The notes under the pieces were generated by a model. That model saw nothing but the letters and a program-made list of their open reading frames with translations. It ran no database searches and was not told the DNA's origin. 64,000 bases of DNA from Coriobacteriaceae bacterium (GTDB taxonomy: Bacteria; Actinomycetota; Coriobacteriia; Anaerosomatales; SLCP01), in the NCBI GenBank assembly GCA_003563465.1, contig PWVH01000037.1, positions 674 through 64,673 on the forward strand. The letters are read 5' to 3'. Shown here piece after piece: positions 45,221-53,347 of this stretch; positions within the stretch are counted from its first letter, which is position 1; each line of letters starts with the position of its first letter. The position numbers and the translations under genes were made by a program.

Positions 45221-46095
45221 CGAGTCTACGGCCCCGGCCGTTCGCGACACCGAGAATCCCGCACGCACCGATGTTTCTACGGGTGCTCATATGCGTGGCA
45301 ACACTTCTTCTGGTCAGCAGTGCGGGCGGGTGTGATCGTGACCGCACTCTGGCGAACGAACTCGTTGTGACCGGTTCTACGACGATTCTACCGATAGCGG
45401 AGATAGCCGCCGACATGTACAGCGAGGTTCATCCCGGTCAGAGGGTGCTGGTGTCCGGGCTGGGCTCCTCGGCAGGCATCGAAACAGTCGCTTCAGGCTC
45501 ATCGGACGTGGGCACCTCTTCGCGCGACCTCAAACCGGCAGAAGAAGCCCTGGGGTTGCAAGATATCCCGATCGCATACGATGCGATCGCCGTCATCGTG
45601 AACCCCGACAATCCCGTCGGTGAGCTTACCACCGATCAGATCCGGGCCATCTTCGCTGGCGAAATCGACAACTGGAGCGAAGTCGGTGGGCTGGACATGG
45701 AGATAGGCCTTGTGAATCGCGACGAAGCATCCGGCACGCGAGAGGCCTTCCAGAGAATCGTGATGGACGATACGCCGTTCGACCGAACCGCTGCCGTTCT
45801 TCCAGGAACAGGTCAGGTGCGCTCGGTTGTGGCGAACTCTCGAGGAGCGGTCGGATACATCTCACTCGGGTTCGTCAATGATGAGGTTCAGGTGGTTGCG
45901 ATCGACGGCGTCTTCCCGACCATCGAGAGCGTGCTGATCGGCGAATATCCGCTCCAACGGCTGCTGCACTTCTTCACGCTAGGTGAGCCCACCGATCTAG
46001 CCGAGGCATACATCGATTTCGTTCTCTCCGAGGAGATACAAAGCACCATTGTCAAGGATGCCGGGTTCATCCCTATAGTTGGGAAGGTCCAGTAG
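45217..46095 (+). CDS. pstS: phosphate ABC transporter substrate-binding lipoprotein
   Basis: The lipobox is SSAGGC. Other motifs are GSTTILPIAE, GLGSSAGI and GTREAF. The ATG overlaps the pgeF stop (ATGA). Confidence 0.88.
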   Translation: MTSLRPRPFATPRIPHAPMFLRVLICVATLLLVSSAGGCDRDRTLANELVVTGSTTILPIAEIAADMYSEVHPGQRVLVSGLGSSAGIETVASGSSDVGTSSRDLKPAEEALGLQDIPIAYDAIAVIVNPDNPVGELTTDQIRAIFAGEIDNWSEVGGLDMEIGLVNRDEASGTREAFQRIVMDDTPFDRTAAVLPGTGQVRSVVANSRGAVGYISLGFVNDEVQVVAIDGVFPTIESVLIGEYPLQRLLHFFTLGEPTDLAEAYIDFVLSEEIQSTIVKDAGFIPIVGKVQ

Positions 46096-47019
46096 ATGTC
46101 CGAAGTGACCTCTGCTTCGACGAACTCTAGCCGAGGACTTCGGCTGGTATCGCGGCTCACCTACTACAAGGAGATGGCTCTGAAGAATCTGTTCCTTGTA
46201 TGCGCCGGTGTTGCAGTCGCCGGGGTGTTTCTCATCTTCGCTTTCGTGGGAATACGAGGCTGGCCTATCTTTGTCGAAGTGGGTCCGTGGGCGTTTCTGG
46301 CCGGGCGGGAATGGAATCCGACAGATGGTGTGTTCGGCATACTCCCGCTCGTATACGGTTCTGTCGTGGTGATGCTCGGCGCTCTGGCCATCGGCACTCC
46401 GCTCGCTGTGGGAGCCGCTGTCTTTCTGAGCGAGATCGCGACTCCGCGCATCCGTGGGCTCGTGCGTCCGGCCGTCGAGCTTCTTGCCGGCATCCCCTCG
46501 GTGATATACGGGTTCTTCGGCCTGATCATTTTGCGGCCGATCGTGGCCAATCTTACCGATGGACTCGGTTTTGGTGCGGTGACCGCATGGCTGATTCTGG
46601 CCATCATGATCGTGCCGACGATCGCTACGCTTTCAGAAGACGCGTTGCGCTCGATTCCTCCCGGCATCCGTGAGGCCAGCTACGCGATGGGCGCCACGAC
46701 TTGGCAGACGATCTACCGAGTACTTGTGCCAGCAGCCAAGATCGGAATCATAGACGCTGTCATCTTGGGTATGGGGCGAGCGATCGGCGAGACGATGGCC
46801 GTGCTCATGGTTGTCGGAAACGCCCCCGTTTTTCCAGAGACCATCGCTGATCCCATCGCCACGTTGACCACGCAGATCGTTATGGACATGCCCTATGCGA
46901 CAGGCGATCATCGCACCGCGCTCTTCGGAATGGCGATCATTCTCTTCTTGGTTTCAATGGGTCTCGTGGCGCTCGTGCGCCTGATATCCCGGTTCCAGAC
47001 GTCCATGGAGTCCGGATGA
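46096..47019 (+). CDS. pstC: phosphate ABC transporter permease PstC
   Basis: 307 aa and polytopic with an EAA-type loop (AMGATTWQTIYRVLVPAA). The ATG directly abuts the pstS stop. Confidence 0.92.
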   Translation: MSEVTSASTNSSRGLRLVSRLTYYKEMALKNLFLVCAGVAVAGVFLIFAFVGIRGWPIFVEVGPWAFLAGREWNPTDGVFGILPLVYGSVVVMLGALAIGTPLAVGAAVFLSEIATPRIRGLVRPAVELLAGIPSVIYGFFGLIILRPIVANLTDGLGFGAVTAWLILAIMIVPTIATLSEDALRSIPPGIREASYAMGATTWQTIYRVLVPAAKIGIIDAVILGMGRAIGETMAVLMVVGNAPVFPETIADPIATLTTQIVMDMPYATGDHRTALFGMAIILFLVSMGLVALVRLISRFQTSMESG

Positions 47020-47843
47020 TCAATAAGAACATCACCAATGCCGTTGCGTTGACGCTCCTTTGGATCGCCGCTGTCTCCACGGTCGCCATACTCAGCACGG
47101 TGATTCTATACGTGGTATTGAACGGCATCGGCGAACTCTCCCCGAAGTTCATCTTCACCTGGCCCGAGGGGGTGGCGGCAGAAGGCGGCATATGGCCGAC
47201 AATCGTCTCGACCATGTATGTCACCGCGCTGGCGATGCTGATAGTCACCCCGATCGCGATACTCGCGGCCGTCTATCTTGCCGAGTACGCGGTGCAAGGC
47301 CGCCTCGTGGCAATCATCCGTTTCGCGGCCGACACGCTCGCGAGCGTGCCCTCGATCGTGATGGGTCTCTTCGGTCTGGCGCTCTTCGTCGAGGCGGCTG
47401 GAATAGGGTTTTCGATGCTGTCGGCAGCACTTGCTCTCTCCTTCTTGATGCTACCGATAGTGATGAGAGCCACCGAGGAGGCGATCCGTTCGGTGCCCAA
47501 GTACATACGCTGGGGCTCTTACGGATTGGGTGCGACTAAGTGGCAGACGGTCAGCCGTTCAGTCCTGCCCGCGGCTATGCCGAGGATAATCACGGGCATC
47601 ATCCTGTCCACTGGTCGCGCCGTGGGCGAGACTGCCGTCGTCATCTACACGATGGGACAGGCGATAAACCTGCCGCTATCTCCTCTGGATTCTGGACGGC
47701 CAATGACGGTGCATCTCTACCTGCTCGCTATGGAAGGCATCAACCTGCCTGCGGCGTACGGTACCGCGTTGTTGCTGATGATTCTGATACTGGGTTTCAA
47801 TCTGGGTGCTCGCTACTTCCTGCACCGGAACCGGAAGGCGTGA
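47016..47843 (+). CDS. pstA: phosphate ABC transporter permease PstA
   Basis: 275 aa and polytopic, containing [18 protein letters not shown]. The start overlaps the pstC stop. Confidence 0.92.
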   Translation: MINKNITNAVALTLLWIAAVSTVAILSTVILYVVLNGIGELSPKFIFTWPEGVAAEGGIWPTIVSTMYVTALAMLIVTPIAILAAVYLAEYAVQGRLVAIIRFAADTLASVPSIVMGLFGLALFVEAAGIGFSMLSAALALSFLMLPIVMRATEEAIRSVPKYIRWGSYGLGATKWQTVSRSVLPAAMPRIITGIILSTGRAVGETAVVIYTMGQAINLPLSPLDSGRPMTVHLYLLAMEGINLPAAYGTALLLMILILGFNLGARYFLHRNRKA

Positions 47844-47847
47844 AGTG

Positions 47848-48654
47848 ATGCCGTACTCTGCAGCTCCCCTTCCCGATTCCGGCCCCAACAAGATCGAGGT
47901 CACGGGTCTGGATTTCTACTACGGTGACTTCCATGCCCTGACTGACATCACAGTCGTGATTCGCGAGAAGGCGGTGACGGCCTTCATCGGCCCTTCGGGA
48001 TGTGGGAAATCTACCTTCATACGGTGTTTCAATCGTATGAACGACCTCATCCCAGGTGCTCGCGCAGAGGGGCTAATAGCTCTCGATGGGCAAGATGTGT
48101 ACGCCCCCGATGTGGACCCGGTCGATCTTAGACGCCGCATAGGCATGATATTTCAGCAGCCGAATCCGTTCCCGATGTCAATCTATGACAACGTGGCTTT
48201 CGGGCCCCGTCTGCAGGGCGTGAAGAAGAAGGTCGAGCTTGACGAAGTCGTGCAGACATCCCTCGAACGGGCGAACCTGTGGAAGGAGACCAAAGACATC
48301 CTCGGCCGGAACGGTCTGGCGCTCTCAGGAGGACAGCAGCAGCGTCTCTGCATCGCACGCGTTCTGGCGGTGGAGCCCGAGGTGATGCTCATGGACGAAC
48401 CGTGTTCGGCGATCGACCCGACTTCGGTGCAGAAGATCGAGGACCTCATGGCCGAACTCAAGGATCGCATCACCATAGTGATCGTGACGCACAACATGCA
48501 ACAGGCTGCACGCGTGAGCGACTTCACGGCTTTCTTCCTTCAGGAGGAGGCGGGTGAGGCGGCGGTACTCGTCGAGTACGATCGTACGGCACACATATTC
48601 ACCAGTCCTACCGATCGCCGTACAGAGGATTACATCACCGGCCGCTTCGGTTAA
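47848..48654 (+). CDS. pstB: phosphate ABC transporter ATP-binding protein PstB
   Basis: ATG 47848 lies just after the pstA stop. Walker A is GPSGCGKST, the signature is LSGGQQQR and Walker B is LMDEP. Confidence 0.95.
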   Translation: MPYSAAPLPDSGPNKIEVTGLDFYYGDFHALTDITVVIREKAVTAFIGPSGCGKSTFIRCFNRMNDLIPGARAEGLIALDGQDVYAPDVDPVDLRRRIGMIFQQPNPFPMSIYDNVAFGPRLQGVKKKVELDEVVQTSLERANLWKETKDILGRNGLALSGGQQQRLCIARVLAVEPEVMLMDEPCSAIDPTSVQKIEDLMAELKDRITIVIVTHNMQQAARVSDFTAFFLQEEAGEAAVLVEYDRTAHIFTSPTDRRTEDYITGRFG

Positions 48655-48739
48655 ACATCGGTGAACTGCAAGTTTGTTGCTTGTCGAGCGGTATAATGGG
48701 CCGAAAGTCCCTATGCATCCAAGGAGACGGGCCGTAGCC

Positions 48740-49408
48740 ATGCGTGAAGGATTCAGGCAGGAACTCAAGGATTTGAAGGCCGAGGTGCTTTCTATCGGCC
48801 ATGCTGTTACCGCGATGACGCGTGAGGCAGTCACCTCTCTGGTCGAGGGGGATGTGGACCTGGCTGATAAGGTGATCGCAGGCGACGACGAGATAGATCG
48901 GCGTACGCTCCAGGTCGAGGAGCACTCCCTGGAAGTCATCGCGACGCAGTTTCCGGTTGCGCGCGACTTGAGACTGCTTCACTCACTCACATATATCGCT
49001 CTACACTTGGAACGCATGGCTGATCTAGGAGTCAACATCGCCCGAGCCGCAAAACGCACTGCTCATCGTCGCGGACCACAAACGCTCTACGATTTGATAA
49101 AGGCGCAAGGGAATCTTGTTTCCCGAGTCCTCGATGCGACGTGTGAGGCGCTGCAGAAGAACGACCTAGAACTTGCGGGCAGGTTGCAGGACCTCGACGA
49201 GCCCATAGACCATCTCTACAAGCAGTTCTTCCGGGAGCTGGCCCGCCTTCACGATGAAGAGGATATCGAATGGGCGTCGTTGATGGTGCTTGCAAGCCGC
49301 TATCTGGAGCGCATCGCTGACAACGCTGTCGACATCGGTGAGCGAATAGCCTACCTGGTCACCGGTGAGTTCGACGCGCTGCACGATAGCGACGAGGAGA
49401 ACAGCTGA
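48740..49408 (+). CDS. phoU: phosphate signalling complex protein PhoU
   Basis: 222 aa from ATG 48740, consisting of two PhoU repeats (DDEIDRRTLQVEE..., DEPIDHLYKQFFREL). A perfect TATAAT at 48692-48697 lies upstream. Confidence 0.9.
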   Translation: MREGFRQELKDLKAEVLSIGHAVTAMTREAVTSLVEGDVDLADKVIAGDDEIDRRTLQVEEHSLEVIATQFPVARDLRLLHSLTYIALHLERMADLGVNIARAAKRTAHRRGPQTLYDLIKAQGNLVSRVLDATCEALQKNDLELAGRLQDLDEPIDHLYKQFFRELARLHDEEDIEWASLMVLASRYLERIADNAVDIGERIAYLVTGEFDALHDSDEENS

Positions 49409-49411
49409 GGT

Positions 49412-50089
49412 ATGGCGGTCATAAGCACGCGATACGAAGCCGTTTGCAGACAGGTTGCGGACGCCGCGGATGCTTGCGGCCGGCGTGCAGAAGACGTGAC
49501 GATCGTCGCGGTCACGAAGACGGTGGGCATTCCTGAGATACGGGCCGCGATCGCGGCGGGTATTCGCGATTTCGGCGAGAACAGAGTTCAGGAATTCACC
49601 GGCAAGTACGGGCTCTTTCCCGATGAGCGATGGCACTTCGTCGGCACGCTCCAGACGAACAAGGTAAAAGACGTATTGGGCAAGGCATGCCTGATACATT
49701 CGGTCGATTCGCTCAAGTTGCTTACCCACATCGAAAGACGGGCCGCGGGACTGGAACTCGTACAGCCCGTGTTGCTTCAGGTCAACATCGCAGCCGAGGC
49801 AAGTAAACGTGGATTCTCACCTGTCGATGTCCGTGAAGTGTTGGTGGATGCCTCACACATGAGTTCGGTCGAAGTCCGAGGCTTGATGACCATGGCGCCG
49901 TTGGCGCGTGCTGAAGACGTGCGCTGGGTGTTCAGGGAGCTTCGTGAACTACGCGATTCGCTACGCGCGATGCCGTTGGATGGGGTAGAGTTAGATGAAC
50001 TTTCGATGGGCATGTCTGGCGACTTCCGTGTCGCGATCGAGGAAGGTGCCACGATTGTGCGTGTCGGAAGGGCGATCTTCGGCAGGTAG
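49412..50089 (+). CDS. yggS: YggS/YlmE-family pyridoxal-phosphate homeostasis protein
   Basis: 225 aa with VAVTKT, FGENRVQE and WHFVGTLQTNKVK motifs. Confidence 0.92.
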   Translation: MAVISTRYEAVCRQVADAADACGRRAEDVTIVAVTKTVGIPEIRAAIAAGIRDFGENRVQEFTGKYGLFPDERWHFVGTLQTNKVKDVLGKACLIHSVDSLKLLTHIERRAAGLELVQPVLLQVNIAAEASKRGFSPVDVREVLVDASHMSSVEVRGLMTMAPLARAEDVRWVFRELRELRDSLRAMPLDGVELDELSMGMSGDFRVAIEEGATIVRVGRAIFGR

Positions 50090-50111
50090 GCATGCGCGGT
50101 AGGAGGCTCCC

Positions 50112-50672
50112 GTGGGCCTGTGGCATAACATCAAGGTGCGTCTCGGTCTCGCCGACGATTGGGACGAGGAGTACCAGGACTACTACGACGAAGACGATCG
50201 AGAAGAAGAGTTCACGGAATCTGGGAGTTCGGACGGGTTCTACGGTCGTGCGAGTGCATCGCACGAATCGCCCTATGGTGCCGACCGGAGATCTGTAAGG
50301 CGCCTCGAACGTGGATCGGATGCCGATTGGGCATACGATGCTCCCACGCTGCGCCCGGTACCATCCGGAGCAGATGTGGCTCCGAGGACCCCTCAGCTCA
50401 GGATGCACATCACCGAGCCCAAAAGCTTCACCGAGGCAGAGGTCATCGCAGACAGATTCAAGTCCGGGACACCTGTGATCATGAACATGACGGCTACCAA
50501 GCCTGAACTTGCGAAGCGCCTGATAGACTTCGCAAGTGGGCTCACCTACGGTCTCGATGGTGGCTTGCAGAAGATCTCCGACAAGGTGTTCATGCTCACC
50601 CCGGCCAATGTCGACGTATCCGCCGAGGACCGGAGGCACCTTCGCGACAAGGGCCTGTTCAACATGGAGTGA
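50112..50672 (+). CDS. sepF: cell division protein SepF
   Basis: GTG 50112 has an AGGAGG SD. The protein has an N-terminal amphipathic GLWHNIKVRLGL, an acidic linker and a C-terminal SepF core (FTEAEVIADRFKSGTPVIMNM..DGGLQKISDKVFMLTP). Confidence 0.9.
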   Translation: MGLWHNIKVRLGLADDWDEEYQDYYDEDDREEEFTESGSSDGFYGRASASHESPYGADRRSVRRLERGSDADWAYDAPTLRPVPSGADVAPRTPQLRMHITEPKSFTEAEVIADRFKSGTPVIMNMTATKPELAKRLIDFASGLTYGLDGGLQKISDKVFMLTPANVDVSAEDRRHLRDKGLFNME

Positions 50673-51502
50673 ATCCTGTGAGCTTGCCACACTTGCGCAT
50701 CGAAGGCACGCTAGCCGTTATCGGCGGCGGCAAGATGGGCGAGGCCATCACCGGTGGCCTTCTGGGATCGGGCATGCTCGAGCCTGGTTCGATCGTGGTC
50801 GCCGAGCCGGTCAGAGAGCGCAGAGAGACGCTTTCGGCCGTCCACGGTGTCCGATGCGTCGCTCATGCGGCTGAAGCAACACAGGGGGCGGATATCGTTC
50901 TGCTTGCCGTAAAGCCTCAGGTTATAGACGAGGTCGTGGCCGAAATCGCCGATGTCGTGAACAGCGCTCTTGTTATATCGATCGCTGCAGGCATCTCGTG
51001 TGCGCGTATCGAGTCTCATCTGCCGCCCAGTACTCCTGTCGTGCGCGTCATGCCTAACACTCCAGCCCTGGTGCGAGAGGGAATGAGCGTACTGAGCGCG
51101 GGCAGCCAGGCAGGAGCCGAGCATGTAGACTTGGTTCGCGGACTGTTCTCCGTGTTAGGCAAGGTCGTGGTGCTTGATGAAAGACACCAAGACGCTGCCA
51201 CGGCGATTTCGGGTTCTGGTCCGGCGTATGTCGCCCTGGTCATCGATGCGCTGGCACGTGCAGGCGTGCGTCACGGTCTGCCTCGGCATGTGGCCGAAGA
51301 ACTCGCCGTCACCACCTTCGCTGGGACCACCGCTCTTATCGAGCAGACAGGGCAGCATCCCGAAGAGGTCATCGACGGCGTCGCAAGTCCTGGCGGCACG
51401 ACGATCGCAGCAATCGAGGCGCTCGAAGCCTTCGGAGTGAGAGCGGCCTTCTCGGCTGCCGTCGCCGTAGCGGTCGAACGCGCGAAGGAGTTAGGTTCGT
51501 GA
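50669..51502 (+). CDS. proC: pyrroline-5-carboxylate reductase
   Basis: Has a Rossmann motif (VIGGGKMGEAI), VMPNTPALV and SPGGTT. The GTG overlaps the sepF stop. Confidence 0.92.
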   Translation: MNPVSLPHLRIEGTLAVIGGGKMGEAITGGLLGSGMLEPGSIVVAEPVRERRETLSAVHGVRCVAHAAEATQGADIVLLAVKPQVIDEVVAEIADVVNSALVISIAAGISCARIESHLPPSTPVVRVMPNTPALVREGMSVLSAGSQAGAEHVDLVRGLFSVLGKVVVLDERHQDAATAISGSGPAYVALVIDALARAGVRHGLPRHVAEELAVTTFAGTTALIEQTGQHPEEVIDGVASPGGTTIAAIEALEAFGVRAAFSAAVAVAVERAKELGS

Positions 51503-51786
51503 CGCCGACGCTTATCCTCGTTCGCATTCTAGACTTCTACTCACTTCTGATATTCATCTACGTGATCTTGTCGTGGTTTCCGATAAGAAGTGGAGGGGTG
51601 CTGACGGATATCTATCGTGTGTTGGGCAACGTGTGCGAACCTTACATCGGCATTTTTCGCCGGATCGTACCTGTGGCCAGCATGGGTGGCGGGGGGATAG
51701 ACTTCTCGCCTCTGGTGGCGCTGCTCGTGCTACGCTATCTAGTCCGACCGGCGCTTGTCGCTCTCGTAGGAATGTCGGGTCTATAG
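51499..51786 (+). CDS. YggT-family membrane protein
   Basis: 95 aa with YSLLIFIYVILSWFP and PIRR-like (IFRRIVP) motifs typical of YggT/YlmG. Confidence 0.88.
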   Translation: MTPTLILVRILDFYSLLIFIYVILSWFPIRSGGVLTDIYRVLGNVCEPYIGIFRRIVPVASMGGGGIDFSPLVALLVLRYLVRPALVALVGMSGL

Positions 51787-51801
51787 GGAAGGACCATCAC
51801 C

Positions 51802-52635
51802 ATGAAGCTCACTCCGATGGACATCCACCACAAGGAGTTCCGTCACTCCCTCAGAGGATACGACGAGAAGGAAGTGGACGACTTTCTCGACGCGGTCGCT
51901 GACGAGTTCGAGCGCCTTTTCAAGGAGAACATCGACCTCTCCGAGCGTTTCGAGGCCGCGAACGAGAAGGTGCGAGGCTACCAGGAGATGGAGAAGACCC
52001 TTCATAACACGCTTCTCGCCGCACAGCGTTCTGCAGAAGACATCGTGAACAAGGCTGGAGAAGAGGCTTCCACTCTTCTACGCGATGCCGAAGTCAGGGC
52101 CAAGGAGGTCATTCACGATGCTCTGACTCAGAAGCAGAAGGTCGCCGGAGAGCTCGTTCGAATCAAGCAGGCGGAAGAGGAGTTTCGTGCTCAGTTCCGC
52201 CGGATTCTCGAGGTTCACATGGCAAGCGTGCAGGAGCTGGATATGCCGGAGGACGTTAACGTGCTCGTCGGCACGACCGATGAAGGCGTGGTCAGCGAAG
52301 TGGAGGTAGCGGCGGAGTCGGCCATGGCGGCTCTCGAAGAGGCGTCTGAGGTGGCCGAAGCGGCCGTCAGCCAACAACCCGTATACTACGAGTCAGAAGC
52401 ACCTGTCCAGGAGAGTCCCGTAGATCGGGAAGAGCCTCGGGAAGAGCTTCGGGAAGAGCCCATTGTGGAGCCGCCGGAGTCGGGCTTCGTTACCAGCGTC
52501 ACTCTGGGCGAGACGGGGCCTCCAGAAGATCTTCCCGACGACATCGAGATGGAAGAGCCGACGGAGTTCTCGACGCCGTCCTTCGAGAACCTCGGTGAAC
52601 GTGAAGAAGATATCGACATCGAGGATATCGACTAG
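51802..52635 (+). CDS. divIVA: DivIVA-domain cell-pole/septum protein
   Basis: The N-terminus is MKLTPMDIHHKEFRHSLRGYDEKEVDDFLD, followed by a coiled-coil and a long acidic C-terminal region. Confidence 0.92.
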   Translation: MKLTPMDIHHKEFRHSLRGYDEKEVDDFLDAVADEFERLFKENIDLSERFEAANEKVRGYQEMEKTLHNTLLAAQRSAEDIVNKAGEEASTLLRDAEVRAKEVIHDALTQKQKVAGELVRIKQAEEEFRAQFRRILEVHMASVQELDMPEDVNVLVGTTDEGVVSEVEVAAESAMAALEEASEVAEAAVSQQPVYYESEAPVQESPVDREEPREELREEPIVEPPESGFVTSVTLGETGPPEDLPDDIEMEEPTEFSTPSFENLGEREEDIDIEDID

Positions 52636-52652
52636 GCAGGAGCGAGCCGTCG

Positions 52653-52928
52653 GTGCGGATTGCCGTACATGTGACTCCGAGATCGGGTCGAGACGAGATC
52701 ACGGGCTGGCGCGGGTCTCGACTGATGCTGCGAGTGTCGGCTCCCGCCGAAAGCAGCAAGGCCAACAAGGCGGTCCGAGAGCTTCTCGCGAGTGCTTTGC
52801 GGATTCCCAAGAGGTCCGTGCATATGTTGCGCGGTGAAACCTCGCGTTACAAGCAGCTCGAGCTGAACGGTGTCGAAGAGGCGGAGGTCTTCGAAGCCTT
52901 CGGCAAGCCCGGTAACGAAGAGATCTAG
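52653..52928 (+). CDS. DUF167 (YggU) family protein
   Basis: 91 aa with IAVHVTPRSGRDEI..L.V.APAESSKANKAV..LLA..L.IPK pattern, as in E. coli yggU, which follows yggT. Confidence 0.85.
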   Translation: MRIAVHVTPRSGRDEITGWRGSRLMLRVSAPAESSKANKAVRELLASALRIPKRSVHMLRGETSRYKQLELNGVEEAEVFEAFGKPGNEEI

Positions 52929-52962
52929 AGGCAGACGGACGTGCGGCCATCGTCGATTCGCG

Positions 52963-52992
52963 TTGACCCTGCGCACAGGCGTACGCTACCAT
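52963..52992 (+). promoter_or_regulatory. candidate promoter of the ileS leader (TTGACC-18-TACCAT)
   Basis: The -35 is at 52963-52968 and the -10 at 52987-52992. A transcript would start about 50 nt before the AGUA element of the T-box leader. Confidence 0.4.
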
Positions 52993-52999
52993 CGCACCC

Positions 53000-53312
53000 A
53001 CACGGCGCGAGAGCCGCAAACTACACTGCAACAGGCTACGACGGGGACGAGTAGGCAGGGAAATCCGCTTATCAAGCGAGCGGGGACAGTGAAAGCCCGC
53101 GGAGCGACTCCCGGCCGAAAATCGCTCCATCAGCCTTGGACCGAAAGCCGGAGCGAGCATGGCTTCCAGGCGAGTAGGCTCCGACGGAAGCCCCCGTTAG
53201 CGGGCGACCGAGTGGCGCGCGGCGCGTTGGCGCCCGCGCAAGCTGGGTGGTATCGCGGAGCGGAATCCGAAAGAAGCGCGCTTCGTCCCGGCGGGCGGGC
53301 GAGCGCGCTTTG
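53000..53312 (+). promoter_or_regulatory. T-box leader (tRNA-Ile sensing) with terminator helix, upstream of ileS
   Basis: AAGCUGGGUGGUAUCGCG at 53239-53256 matches 17 of 18 positions of the T-box consensus AAnnnGGGUGGnACCGCG. Other parts are GACGAGUAGG (AGUA/GA element) at 53048-53057 and CAGUGAAAGCC distal-loop-like at 53087-53097. AUC candidates lie at 53063, 53071 and 53121. The terminator stem is at 53274-53310, followed by UUU. Confidence 0.8.
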
Positions 53313-53347
53313 GCGTGCCGTGATGAGTTGAGAGGACAGGAGGGGCG

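Noticed and set aside
52870-53331. 153-aa plus-strand ORF (and overlapping minus-strand ORFs) covering the DUF167-ileS intergenic region.
   Set aside because: The region carries a near-consensus T-box sequence and terminator helix, so it is an RNA leader. The ORF translation is Arg/Ala/Gly-rich and lacks an SD.
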